Assembly (NCBI GenBank): GCA_019634005.1
Contig: JAHQWD010000003.1
Coordinates: forward strand, 176,539 to 240,538
Source: Candidatus Kaiserbacteria bacterium
GTDB lineage: Bacteria > Patescibacteriota > Minisyncoccia > Phycocordibacterales > UBA918
DNA length: 64,000 nt
Direction of reading: 5' to 3'
Within the stretch, counting starts at the first letter, position 1. Each line of letters starts with the position of its first letter. The position numbers and the translations under genes were made by a program. The notes below the pieces were generated by a model. It saw only the letters and a list, made by a program, of their open reading frames with translations. It was not told the origin of the DNA and ran no database searches. Below are positions 9,117 to 19,092 of the stretch, piece after piece.

Positions 9117-10217
9117 ATGTCACTCAGTGTAGGAATCGTAGGGCTCCCGAACGTTGGAAAATCAACGCTTTTTAACGCACTCACCAAAAACACCGTTCCA
9201 ATGGAGAACTATCCCTTCTGTACCATTGATCCAACAGTAGGTGTGGTGCCTGTACCTGATAAAAAACTAGAGACACTCAACAAACTCTCTGGAAGTGAAA
9301 AAATGGTGCCTGCCATCGTAGAGTTCGTGGATATTGCAGGACTGGTGCGCGGTGCATCTGCGGGAGAGGGGCTTGGGAATAAGTTTCTCGCAAATATTCG
9401 AGAGGTGGACATGATTGCGGAAGTGGTGCGTATCTTTGAAGATGAAGGAGTGCATCATGTCTCTGGCGCAGTGGATCCGATGAGCGATATCGAGGTTATT
9501 AACCTAGAACTTATCATGGCGGATCAGGAGACGGTTGCAAAACGTATCTCAAATCTAGAGCGTGACGTAAAGCGAGGAGACAAAGAAGCGGTTGTAGAGA
9601 GTGAGGTGCTCACAAAAGTTCTTGCCACCCTTGAATCTGGAAAACTTGCAGGCGCAACCGAACTTACCAAAGAAGAACTGCTTCTCGCAAAAGGACTCCA
9701 TCTCCTCACGATGAAGAGGATTCTCTATGTGTTTAACCGCAAGAACGGAGCATTTAACCTTGACGAGCAGAATGACGAGCGGTGGCAAGAGCTTATGAGC
9801 TTCATAGAAGATAATAATGCAGAGTATGTCGTAGTGGATGCGGGGATAGAGCACGAGCTGAAGGACCTTGCCGAAGAGGAAAAGACGGACTTCCGACGAG
9901 AATACGGAACATTGGACTCTGGAATCGATTCACTCATCACTGCGTGCTACAGACTTCTTGGCTTAATGTCCTTCTATACAACAGGAGAGAAAGAAACACG
10001 TGCATGGACAGTGAAACAAGGTTCAACCGCTCCAGAAGCAGGTGCTGCGATCCATACGGACTTCAAAGATAAGTTTATCCGTGCCCAAGTCGTGTCATTT
10101 GAAGATTTTGTAGGAGTGGAGAGTATGGCGAAAGCACGGGAGACGGGGAAGTTACGCACGGAAGGAAAAGAGTATGTGGTGAAAGACAATGATATAATTG
10201 AGTTCATGCACAGCTAA
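9117..10217 (+). CDS. ychF: Redox-regulated ATPase YchF
   Basis: GIVGLPNVGKSTLFNALT, YPFCTIDP, DIAGLV, C-terminal TGS domain. Confidence 0.97.
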   Translation: MSLSVGIVGLPNVGKSTLFNALTKNTVPMENYPFCTIDPTVGVVPVPDKKLETLNKLSGSEKMVPAIVEFVDIAGLVRGASAGEGLGNKFLANIREVDMIAEVVRIFEDEGVHHVSGAVDPMSDIEVINLELIMADQETVAKRISNLERDVKRGDKEAVVESEVLTKVLATLESGKLAGATELTKEELLLAKGLHLLTMKRILYVFNRKNGAFNLDEQNDERWQELMSFIEDNNAEYVVVDAGIEHELKDLAEEEKTDFRREYGTLDSGIDSLITACYRLLGLMSFYTTGEKETRAWTVKQGSTAPEAGAAIHTDFKDKFIRAQVVSFEDFVGVESMAKARETGKLRTEGKEYVVKDNDIIEFMHS

Positions 10218-10226
10218 TCTTTTTCT

Positions 10227-10598
10227 ATGAAAACATCACATTTTGTCATTCTTATAATTCTCATTATCATCGCGCTCTTTGGCTGGAAACAGTGGAGTGA
10301 ATCACAGCCAGGGCCGCTCGATGAGTTTGCACAGTGTCTTGCTGATGAAGAGGCAACATTCTATGGCGCATTCTGGTGTCCACATTGTGCAGATCAGAAA
10401 GAAATGTTTGGAAACTCTACGAAGTATCTTTCATACGTAGAGTGTTCTACACCAGATGGACAGTCTCAGACCGCAGAGTGTACCGACGCAGGTATCACCG
10501 GATATCCAACATGGGAGTTTGCTGACGGCTCACGAGAGAATGGCGTTGTACCACTTACTGTATTAGCAGAAAAGACAGGATGTGAACTTCCCGAATAG
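10227..10598 (+). CDS. Membrane-anchored thioredoxin-like protein (CPHC)
   Basis: FYGAFWCPHC..YVEC..ITGYPTW. Confidence 0.85.
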   Translation: MKTSHFVILIILIIIALFGWKQWSESQPGPLDEFAQCLADEEATFYGAFWCPHCADQKEMFGNSTKYLSYVECSTPDGQSQTAECTDAGITGYPTWEFADGSRENGVVPLTVLAEKTGCELPE

Positions 10599-10601
10599 TC
10601 T

Positions 10602-11132
10602 ATGTCTGAAACTGTAGAGACACTCAATTTCATTATGGGTACTGGTGGCGTAGTGATGCTCGTTGCTGGGCTATTGCTTCTTGTCGACCGTATCTTTTTG
10701 AAGAGTCCTGAGGTACGAAATATGGTAGAGCGATGGGGGCTCTTACTCGCTGCGGCACTTACGGTGGGGGCGACAATCATGGCTCTGGTCTATTCCGAAA
10801 TATTTGGATTTGTACCCTGCGGTCTCTGTTGGTTGATGCGTATCTTTGTCTTCTCGCAGGCGTTCATTATGACCACCGCGTTTCTTAAAAAGGATTATGG
10901 TATTGCAGTCTATGGGATGGTGCTCTCTGTTCCAGGGATTCTTATTGGACTCTACCAACACTATCTCCAGATGGGTGGAGGCGAGTTTGTTCCTTGCCCT
11001 GCAGCGGCGGGGGACTGCGCAAAACGCATTCTTTTTGAATACGACTTCATGACTTTCCCACTCATGGGAGCGTCCATGTTGTTCCTTCTTACCATGGTAT
11101 ACACTTATCTTATTCGTATTAAACAACTATAG
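10602..11132 (+). CDS. Disulfide bond formation protein DsbB/BdbC family
   Basis: PCGLCWLMR motif, second Cys pair, TM helices; next to a CxxC thioredoxin. Confidence 0.88.
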   Translation: MSETVETLNFIMGTGGVVMLVAGLLLLVDRIFLKSPEVRNMVERWGLLLAAALTVGATIMALVYSEIFGFVPCGLCWLMRIFVFSQAFIMTTAFLKKDYGIAVYGMVLSVPGILIGLYQHYLQMGGGEFVPCPAAAGDCAKRILFEYDFMTFPLMGASMLFLLTMVYTYLIRIKQL

Positions 11133-11133
11133 T

Positions 11134-12006
11134 ATGACAAATACAGCACGAAACTTCTCATTACAACTTGGCTCGCTGATCGCACTCTATGTTTCGCTTT
11201 CTGCGATCCTTGCGGTGCTCTTTGGAGTGATTAATCTTGCATTTCCAGATGCTGCGGAAGGATACTGGGCGTATAACTCTGCGCAGAGTGGAATCCGCTT
11301 TGGTATTGCGGCGGTAATTGTCTTTTTTCCTGCATATCTTATCCTCACGAGAATTTCTAATAAGATTCGAAGAGAGGAGTCTGGATCGTATACAACGGTC
11401 ACTAAGTGGCTTGTATACCTGTCACTTATCGTTGGAGGAGGCATTCTTCTTGGAGACCTGGTTGCGGTCATTATGACGTATCTCAATGGAGAGATTACCG
11501 AGCGGTTTATCCTCAAAGCACTCGCACTCTTTGTAGTTATCAGTGCGGCATTCAAGTACTATCTTCGTGATGTCGTGGGGTACTGGGATACGCACGAGAA
11601 GCAGTCCATCATGTTTGGTGGTGTAAGTGTTGTTCTCGTTATCGCTGTTCTTGTTCTCGGTTTCTATCATGCTGATACACCAAGCACCGTACGTGAGATG
11701 CGTATTGATACGGAGCAGGTAAATGACCTTGAACAAATCTCGTGGCGTGTAGAGGAATATTATAGTGTGAACAAAATGTTGCCCGAGACACTCTCTGATG
11801 TGTATGGAACACTTTCTGTGCCAGAGGCTGTAGAGGATCGTCCTGCGTATCAGTATAGAGTTCCCAATGAAACAACCTTCGAACTCTGCGCAACATTCGC
11901 ACATGAGTCTCGAGAGAATCGTGCGTCATATGCACCAATAGAAAAGATCCCGCAGAGTTGGGATCATGGGGAAGGAGAGACATGCTTCACCAGAGTGGTG
12001 GAGTAG
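11134..12006 (+). CDS. Multi-TM membrane protein (DUF5671-like)
   Basis: Five TM helices, KWLVYLSL..GDLVAVI..YLNGEIT.RF, C-terminal FELCATF..GETCF domain. Confidence 0.7.
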   Translation: MTNTARNFSLQLGSLIALYVSLSAILAVLFGVINLAFPDAAEGYWAYNSAQSGIRFGIAAVIVFFPAYLILTRISNKIRREESGSYTTVTKWLVYLSLIVGGGILLGDLVAVIMTYLNGEITERFILKALALFVVISAAFKYYLRDVVGYWDTHEKQSIMFGGVSVVLVIAVLVLGFYHADTPSTVREMRIDTEQVNDLEQISWRVEEYYSVNKMLPETLSDVYGTLSVPEAVEDRPAYQYRVPNETTFELCATFAHESRENRASYAPIEKIPQSWDHGEGETCFTRVVE

Positions 12007-12014
12007 ATAGACTG

Positions 12015-12045
12015 AAAGCCCGGCGAAACACTGCACGGGCTTTTT
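12015..12045. terminator. Bidirectional terminator
   Basis: AAAGCCCG..CGGGCTTTTT between convergent genes. Confidence 0.7.
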
Positions 12046-12046
12046 G

Positions 12047-12307
12047 TTATTCGGCTGCCTGAGCAGCAACTTCAGTGAGCGCCCCCTTCAGGAAGGGGGC
12101 AACATGTACGACAGAGACCTTGATGTAACAGAAAATAATTACCGCGTCCGTAATTATGGCCGTCAACACAATCCCCAGCGAAGGGGTGGGCTCTGCGACA
12201 AAGATTGCCACAAACGGAATCTGAAGTAAGCCCAGGAAAACATAGAAGCCAACAACCATGGCAATTCTCTGTTTTAAAGGTAGTTTTTTAAACCCTTTTT
12301 TATCCAT
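12047..12307 (-). CDS. Small two-TM membrane protein (ORFan)
   Basis: ATG 12307 preceded by AAGGAGG; TTGACA (12367-12362)-17-TATCTT upstream. Confidence 0.65.
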   Translation of the reverse strand: MDKKGFKKLPLKQRIAMVVGFYVFLGLLQIPFVAIFVAEPTPSLGIVLTAIITDAVIIFCYIKVSVVHVAPFLKGALTEVAAQAAE

Positions 12308-12409
12308 CCACACCTCCTTTTTGTTCAGTTCACAATGGAAGATATATGTATATTGCGTTTGTGTCAAATACACGGTATGGTGCAGACAGCATAGCAACAG
12401 GAGAGAAAG

Positions 12410-12640
12410 ATGAAGATATTCTTCTTTGAATCTGTAAATGACGGCGTCCACCTTCCGTATAAGATGATGAGCGTCGTTCTTGCAGCTGAGGATGACAATG
12501 ATGCACAGGTGGTTCTTAAATCGCACTTGCGAGACACCACTGGAAGTGAAGGGCTGGCTCAATTCTTCAGCCTTGTGGAGACATCTGTCACAGATCAAGC
12601 GCTGGAGAGCGGTGAACTGATCACCCGTGTGCAGCGGTAA
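12410..12640 (+). CDS. Small hypothetical protein (ORFan)
   Basis: AGGAG RBS, 76 aa, followed by terminator. Confidence 0.6.
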   Translation: MKIFFFESVNDGVHLPYKMMSVVLAAEDDNDAQVVLKSHLRDTTGSEGLAQFFSLVETSVTDQALESGELITRVQR

Positions 12641-12661
12641 TCAACATCTAACTGGACACAT

Positions 12662-12688
12662 GAAGCCCGCACCCGAGTGCGGGCTTTC
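12662..12688 (+). terminator. Intrinsic terminator
   Basis: AAGCCCGCAC-ccga-GTGCGGGCTTT. Confidence 0.8.
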
Positions 12689-12747
12689 GATTATATACAG
12701 TCTAATTTTCTAGACATATTCCCCAAACACGGCATAATACGGTAACT

Positions 12748-15564
12748 ATGCACAAGAAATTCAATCACGAGGAGATAGAAAAAAAATGGCAAGAGAAATG
12801 GCAGAAGGACGGACTGTATGATGTCGGAGATCGTGATGAATCCAAAGAGAAGGAGTATGTACTGGTGGAGTGGCCATACCCCTCAGGGAATCTCCATATA
12901 GGACACTGGTATGCGTTTGCAGTTCCAGATATTTACGTGCGTGCGCAACGCATGAAAGAAAAACAGGTTGTCTTCCCGATGGGGTTTGATGCATTTGGAC
13001 TTCCAGCGGAGAATGCGGCAATCAAACACAACCTCGATCCGAAAGAGTGGACAGAATCTAATATCGAACACATGAAGAAGCAGTTGCAAAGCATGGGAAA
13101 CGCGTTCTCATGGGATAAGACTGCAAGTTCTACCGATCCAGAATATTACAAATGGACACAGTGGATGTTTACTAAGTTCTTTGAAGAGGATGTTGCGTAC
13201 AAAGGAAAGGGGACCGTGAATTGGTGTCCATCGTGTAACACCGTACTTGCGAATGAGCAGGTGGTAGACGATGCGTGTGAACGATGTGGCACAAAGGTTG
13301 AAAAGAAAGAGATGGACGAATGGAAAATGCGTATCACCAAATATGCAGATCGTCTTGTTGATGACCTCGACACGCTCGACTGGCCACTTCACATTAAAGA
13401 GTTGCAGAAGAACTGGATTGGACGGTCAAAAGGGGCAAAGATTGCCTTCACACTTTCTAGTGGAGATACCGTGGAGGTCTTCACTACACGTCCTGATACG
13501 CTCTATGGAGCAACATACTTAGTACTTGCCCCAGAACATCCGCTTCTTGAGACTCTTTCAATAGAAAACAAAGATCAAGTGCTTGCATACCAAAAGGAGG
13601 CTGCTTCCAAAGATGAACGGACGCGCACCGCAGAAGGAAAAGAGAAGACTGGTGTACGTCTCGAAGGAGTCACTGCAACAAATCCAGCAAATGGAAAAGA
13701 AATTCCTGTATACATTGCAGACTACGTGTTGGGTGGATACGGAACTGGTTCCATTATGGCAGTACCTGGACATGACGCTCGGGACTACGCATTTGCCCAG
13801 AAATACGATCTCCCAATTGAATATGTTGTTGAGCCAGTGTTCACAAAACAAGATGGAGACGATGCGTTCCGAGAGGATGCAGAAATCGCAGAGCGGCAAG
13901 CAATATCTGCCGTTGTATACAACCCAAAGACAGAGAAATATCTTGGACTTAAATGGAAGAAGGTAGATTGGGACACACTTATCACTGGAGGTATTGAAGA
14001 AGGGCAGACTGCTGAAGAGGCAGCACGACAAGAAGTGCTAGAAGAAACAGGATACAAGAACCTCAAGCTTGTAAAACAACTTCCAAGTTATCAAGGAAGA
14101 TTCTGGCATGTACCGAAGGAGGTGAATCGAGTAGCACATTTTCAGTGCTTCCTTTTTGAGCTTGAAAACGAAGAGCAGGAGACTGTTGTTGAAGATGAAC
14201 AGAAAAAGCATGAATACGTCTGGCTTTCAAAAGAAGAGATGATGAACTTTAGACTCCCTGAAGGACATCGCTTCCTTATGGACGGAATCCTTACTGAAGA
14301 TCTCTTCTATGGTGGAAACGGAGATCTGGTGAACTCTTCAGAGTTCACCGGCATGTCTTCTGAAGAAGCGAAAGAAAAGATCACCGAGAAGGTGGGTGGA
14401 GAGATGACAAATACGTATCGTCTCAGAGACTGGTCTATCGGACGCCAACGATACTGGGGTGTGCCGATTCCAATCGTCTATGATCCAGATGGAAAAGCAC
14501 ACGCAATTCCAAAAGAATATCTTCCGTGGACGCTTCCAGAGGATGTAGATTTCAAACCAACAGGAGAACCACCGTTTGCAAAGAGTGAAGAACTGAAGCA
14601 ACGCACCGAAGAGATCTTCGGTGTTGGATGGACACCAGAGGTAGAGACGATGGATACCTTTGTAGATTCTTCATGGTATTTCCTTCGATATATAGATAAC
14701 AAGAATGATGAAGAGCTTGCTTCAAAAGAGACTCAGAAGAATTGGATGCCTGTTGATCTCTACTTCGGAGGATCAGAGCACACAACACTCCACCTCCTCT
14801 ACTCTCGTTTTGTGCAGAAAGCACTCTTTGACCTTGGGGTCACGACCGTAGAGGAACCTTACAAAATGCGTATCAACCGTGGACTTGTCTTGGGGCCAGA
14901 TGGTAACAAGATGAGTAAGTCCAAAGGGAATGTGATTGATCCAGATGGAGAGGTGTCACGTGTGGGGTCCGATGCAGTGAAAATGTACCTTGCTTTTATG
15001 GGGCCGTATGGAGAGACGGCAAACTACCCGTGGGATCTTGGAGGTATTGCAGGAACACGACGTTTTCTAGAACGTGTATATGGACTCTCGGAACATGTGC
15101 AAGAAACAGAGTCTGGAGAAATGACGCGTACTCTCCATAAGACTATTGCAAAAGTATCTGAAGATATCGAGGCGTTTAAGTTCAATACGGCAATCAGTGC
15201 ACTGATGATGTATGTGAACGCTGCGGAAAAAGAGGGGATTACGGAGGAGTCATATAAGGTGTTTCTCCGCCTCCTTGCACCATTTGCACCGCATCTTACT
15301 GAAGAACTGTGGAAAGAAGAGTATTCTATCCATCAGGAATCTTTTCCTATGGCAGACACGTCACTTACTACAGAAGAGGAGGTTACCATTGGTGTCCAGA
15401 TTAATGGAAAGGTGCGCGGGGAAATAACGATCGCACCTGACGCGGACGAGGCGGCAGCGATTGCTCTCGTGCGAGAGAATGAAAAGCTCAAGGAGTATAT
15501 TGAGAAGGGGGTTAAGAAGGTTATTTACGTACCTGGACGTATCCTCAGTATTATTCTTGAATAG
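12748..15564 (+). CDS. leuS: Leucine--tRNA ligase with inserted Nudix domain
   Basis: PYPSGNLHIGH, KMSKS, editing motifs FTTRPDT and GTGSIMAVPGHDARD; Nudix box GGIEEGQTAEEAARQEVLEETGY. Confidence 0.97.
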   Translation: MHKKFNHEEIEKKWQEKWQKDGLYDVGDRDESKEKEYVLVEWPYPSGNLHIGHWYAFAVPDIYVRAQRMKEKQVVFPMGFDAFGLPAENAAIKHNLDPKEWTESNIEHMKKQLQSMGNAFSWDKTASSTDPEYYKWTQWMFTKFFEEDVAYKGKGTVNWCPSCNTVLANEQVVDDACERCGTKVEKKEMDEWKMRITKYADRLVDDLDTLDWPLHIKELQKNWIGRSKGAKIAFTLSSGDTVEVFTTRPDTLYGATYLVLAPEHPLLETLSIENKDQVLAYQKEAASKDERTRTAEGKEKTGVRLEGVTATNPANGKEIPVYIADYVLGGYGTGSIMAVPGHDARDYAFAQKYDLPIEYVVEPVFTKQDGDDAFREDAEIAERQAISAVVYNPKTEKYLGLKWKKVDWDTLITGGIEEGQTAEEAARQEVLEETGYKNLKLVKQLPSYQGRFWHVPKEVNRVAHFQCFLFELENEEQETVVEDEQKKHEYVWLSKEEMMNFRLPEGHRFLMDGILTEDLFYGGNGDLVNSSEFTGMSSEEAKEKITEKVGGEMTNTYRLRDWSIGRQRYWGVPIPIVYDPDGKAHAIPKEYLPWTLPEDVDFKPTGEPPFAKSEELKQRTEEIFGVGWTPEVETMDTFVDSSWYFLRYIDNKNDEELASKETQKNWMPVDLYFGGSEHTTLHLLYSRFVQKALFDLGVTTVEEPYKMRINRGLVLGPDGNKMSKSKGNVIDPDGEVSRVGSDAVKMYLAFMGPYGETANYPWDLGGIAGTRRFLERVYGLSEHVQETESGEMTRTLHKTIAKVSEDIEAFKFNTAISALMMYVNAAEKEGITEESYKVFLRLLAPFAPHLTEELWKEEYSIHQESFPMADTSLTTEEEVTIGVQINGKVRGEITIAPDADEAAAIALVRENEKLKEYIEKGVKKVIYVPGRILSIILE

Positions 15565-15657
15565 GGTTGACGTTGTGTCAATAACGTGATAAAAAGTACT
15601 TATATTGTGTAATAAGAGATTAGAAACCGCACAAAATAAGGATAAATTAGAAAAAAT

Positions 15658-16683
15658 ATGATTACATTTAAGCCGAAACAGGCAACCAAGAAGTTGCTCT
15701 CTGTACTTCCCGACCGCGCACGTGATGTGCTCGAAAAGCGATACGGACTTGGAAAAAGTACAGCGAAGCAGACACTTGAATCGATTGGGCAGACATACGG
15801 TATTACCCGTGAGCGTGTTCGACAGATCGAAAATTACGCGATCCAGTCTATTCAAAAGTCTGATGTCTACGATGAGTTCGAACCAGTGTTCGATGAACTC
15901 AAAGAGATTCTTAACTCACTCGGTGCGGTAGTGAGTGAAGATGTACTTCTTGAAGAAGTATCAGATGATAAAGCGGTACGTAATCATATCTATTTCCTCC
16001 TTGTTCTTGGAAATGCATTCTATCGTGCAAAAGAGAATAAAGATTTCTGCCACCGATGGCATGTAGAGAAGAAAGTTGCCGATCAGGTAGAAAGTGCACT
16101 CCAGACAGTATTTGATTCCCTCGAGGAAGACGAACTCGTTACTGAAGAGGACATTCTTGTGCGTCTTCAAGATGAGTTGAAGGATCTTGAGGACTCATAT
16201 CGCGACGAATCAAACCTTAAGCGGTGGCTTGCCATCTCTAAGAACCTTGATCGTAATCCACTCGGAGAGTGGGGGAATGCAGCATCACCAAATGTTCGCG
16301 CAAAAGGTATCCGAGATTATGCATACCTTGCGGTAAAGCGTCATGGATCTCCAATGCACTTCAAGGAAGTTGCCGACGCTATCAAAGAACTCTTCGGTCG
16401 TACTGCGCATGTTGCAACGACCCACAACGAACTTATTAAAGACGAACGTTTCGTGCTCGTTGGTCGTGGGCTCTATGCACTCACTGAGTGGGGCTACTCT
16501 GCAGGAGTGGTAAAGGATGTACTTCGTGACATTCTTGAGAAGGAAGGTCCACTTTCACGTGAGGAAATCATTGATCGCGTGCGAAAGGAACGATATGTGA
16601 AGGATAATACTATTGTGGTAAACCTCCAGGACATTTCGCTCTTCAAGCGACTACCTGACGGCACTTACATGGCAATCGACTAA
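15658..16683 (+). CDS. Sigma70 region-4 HTH protein with C-terminal winged-HTH (HARE-HTH/RNAP delta-like)
   Basis: TLESIGQTYGITRERVRQIE at the N-terminus; PMHFKEV..HNELIKDERFVLVGRGLYALTEWG at the C-terminus. Confidence 0.8.
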   Translation: MITFKPKQATKKLLSVLPDRARDVLEKRYGLGKSTAKQTLESIGQTYGITRERVRQIENYAIQSIQKSDVYDEFEPVFDELKEILNSLGAVVSEDVLLEEVSDDKAVRNHIYFLLVLGNAFYRAKENKDFCHRWHVEKKVADQVESALQTVFDSLEEDELVTEEDILVRLQDELKDLEDSYRDESNLKRWLAISKNLDRNPLGEWGNAASPNVRAKGIRDYAYLAVKRHGSPMHFKEVADAIKELFGRTAHVATTHNELIKDERFVLVGRGLYALTEWGYSAGVVKDVLRDILEKEGPLSREEIIDRVRKERYVKDNTIVVNLQDISLFKRLPDGTYMAID

Positions 16684-16718
16684 AGAAAAAACGACTCCCC
16701 AGTGAGTCGTTTTTTCTT
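16682..16718. terminator. Intrinsic terminator (bidirectional)
   Basis: AAGAAAAAACGACTC..GAGTCGTTTTTTCTT. Confidence 0.85.
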
Positions 16719-16745
16719 ATGAAGCTACGGTATAATATTCGTATC

Positions 16746-18074
16746 ATGCGTGAACTGATTACGAAGCCAGTTGAACAGGTGGAGAAATTTGGTGTAAATG
16801 GTGGAGTTATTTTAGCCATCCTTGGCATAGTCATGGTTGGTATTGTGGTGCATGCCTTTGATATTAATACCAATGCCGCGTTGAGGTTTGCAGTAGCAGC
16901 AGCACCGATATGGCTTCCGATCATTACTTTCTTGCTCTTCTTTGAGTTTTGGATGTATTTCGTTCGCAAAGAGTTTGATCTCAACCAAGGGAGAGTTGTT
17001 TTTGAAGTAACACTACCAAAGGATGTATATAAATCTCCTGAAGCCATGGAGCTTGTTTTAGTGCAATTGCACCAGACTGCGGCACCAGACAACCATGTAC
17101 AGACATATTGGGACGGAAAGCATCCTCCCACAACTTCCTTAGAACTTGTCTCCCATGGGGGAGAGGTGAAGTTTTATATTAGCGTTCCAAAGAAAAAATT
17201 TAAGAATATTATGGAGGCACAGCTCTACGCACAGTATCCAGGTATTGAGGTGAAAGAGTTAGAAGTGGATTACACAGCGGAGATTCCTTGGGATCCAGAC
17301 AAATATGCGTATTTTTCACTTCACTTTAATCTTAAGAAAGCAGACGCGTATCCACTTCGAACATATGTAGAATACGGACTCCATACTATGCCGAAGGAGG
17401 AAGAGAAAGTGGATCCGATCACTTCTATGGTGGACGCACTTGCAAATCTTGGGCCAAATGAATGGTACTGGGTGCAGATACTTATTGATGCAAACCGAGA
17501 GGTGACCTTTAAAGAAGGTGCACTGCGAAAACAGGCGGACTGGAAAGAGGCAGCCCGAGAAGAGATTGCAAAGATTGTTGATGCTGCACGAAAACGTTCT
17601 GGTGTCGAAGAAGGAGGGAATGTGATGCAACAACTTACTGATGTAGAGCGGGATACCATCAAGGCCATCGAGCGGAGTCTCGGAAAAAATGCTTTCAATG
17701 TTGCTATTCGTGGTATGTATATTGCAACACAGGAAGCATTCCTTCCTGGAGAACGCATCGGGCAACTTATCACGGGGTGGCGTGGGTATGATGATCTGAA
17801 TCGAAATGCAATTGGGGTACGGTGGCGCACTGACTTCGACTGGAACTGGTGGCAAGATCCTTCAGGGAAGCGGAGAATGGCACATAAAAAGCGAGAACTT
17901 GCAGAGTATAAGAAACGGATCTATTTATCTCAGAACAGCACCGACGGACGGAAGGTTATGACCACTGAAGAGCTAGCGACAATCTTCCACTTCCCAGGTC
18001 GAGTGCTCCTTACTCCAACTGTTGGACGTATTGAGTCGACTCGAAGCGAGGCACCAACGAACCTTCCTGTATGA
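16746..18074 (+). CDS. Conserved membrane-anchored hypothetical protein resembling the N-terminal domain of CPR VirB4/TraD-like ATPase proteins
   Basis: Two N-terminal TMs; EVTLPKDVYKSPEAME, AQLYAQYPGIEV, YPLRTY, EELATIFHFP, EAPTNLP; family recalled, not searched. Confidence 0.6.
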   Translation: MRELITKPVEQVEKFGVNGGVILAILGIVMVGIVVHAFDINTNAALRFAVAAAPIWLPIITFLLFFEFWMYFVRKEFDLNQGRVVFEVTLPKDVYKSPEAMELVLVQLHQTAAPDNHVQTYWDGKHPPTTSLELVSHGGEVKFYISVPKKKFKNIMEAQLYAQYPGIEVKELEVDYTAEIPWDPDKYAYFSLHFNLKKADAYPLRTYVEYGLHTMPKEEEKVDPITSMVDALANLGPNEWYWVQILIDANREVTFKEGALRKQADWKEAAREEIAKIVDAARKRSGVEEGGNVMQQLTDVERDTIKAIERSLGKNAFNVAIRGMYIATQEAFLPGERIGQLITGWRGYDDLNRNAIGVRWRTDFDWNWWQDPSGKRRMAHKKRELAEYKKRIYLSQNSTDGRKVMTTEELATIFHFPGRVLLTPTVGRIESTRSEAPTNLPV

Positions 18075-19075
18075 ATCTAAGACAGTTGTTTCCACGCATA
18101 AAGAAAGATCTCTTGATTCCTCCCGTACACAGAGACCAGACCTCTAAAGTCCCCCTGCTTGTATTTGGAGGTGTCCTTCTTTTGATCGTACTTTTTGTAG
18201 TATTGCTCTCAACACCGCGAGCGTTTCCTGTAGAAACTCGGATAGAAATTGAAGAAGGGAGTAGTGTTCGAGCAATTACGACGATGCTTGACGAGACAGA
18301 TGTTGTTCGTTCGCGACTCATGCTTCAAATGGTACTTGCTCTTCGACATCCATTTGACTCCATCAAAGCAGGCGTCTATACCTTTGATCAACGGAAGAGT
18401 GTTTTTGAAATTGCTGAAATTATAACCGAAGGTACAGACGGGACACCGTTGGTGCGCGTGACAGTACCTGAAGGACTTCGGGGGAGGGATCTTATTGAAA
18501 TCTTTACAGAGGCGGGGCTGACAAATGAGATGTCACTAAGTGTTGAAGATATCGATATGTATATCGGATATCTCTATCCAGACACATATCTCGTGCCAGA
18601 GACATATACATTCTCTGAAATGGTGGCGCTCATGCAGGAAACATACGAAGAAAAGGTAGCGCCGCTTCGTGATGCTTTCAAGACGCTCTCTGAGTCTGAG
18701 GTAATTACACTTGCTTCTATCGTGGAGCGTGAGGCAAAGGACGAAGCGTCTAAACGCATTGTGGCGGGCATCCTGCTTTCTCGGTTGGAGATTGGCATGG
18801 CGCTTCAGGTCGATGCATCGTTTTCATACCTCCTTGATAAAGAGAGTGCAGAGCTTACGCTTGAAGATCTCAAGATAGATTCTCCGTACAATACATATCT
18901 CTATCCAGGACTTCCACCAACCCCGATTGCAAATCCTGGCCTCGAATCTATTAAGGCAGTGCTTGATCCAGAGATAACGGAGTACGTGTACTATCTAACA
19001 GCACCAGACGGTACTTTCTATTACGCAGAGACATTTGAGGAGCATAAGCAAAACAAAGAGCGCTATCTACGGTAG
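18071..19075 (+). CDS. mltG: Endolytic transglycosylase MltG
   Basis: GYLYPDTY, LASIVEREA, LQVDAS, DSPYNTYLYPGLPPTPIANPG. Confidence 0.95.
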   Translation: MNLRQLFPRIKKDLLIPPVHRDQTSKVPLLVFGGVLLLIVLFVVLLSTPRAFPVETRIEIEEGSSVRAITTMLDETDVVRSRLMLQMVLALRHPFDSIKAGVYTFDQRKSVFEIAEIITEGTDGTPLVRVTVPEGLRGRDLIEIFTEAGLTNEMSLSVEDIDMYIGYLYPDTYLVPETYTFSEMVALMQETYEEKVAPLRDAFKTLSESEVITLASIVEREAKDEASKRIVAGILLSRLEIGMALQVDASFSYLLDKESAELTLEDLKIDSPYNTYLYPGLPPTPIANPGLESIKAVLDPEITEYVYYLTAPDGTFYYAETFEEHKQNKERYLR

Positions 19076-19092
19076 TGTGCTACAGTACCCGC

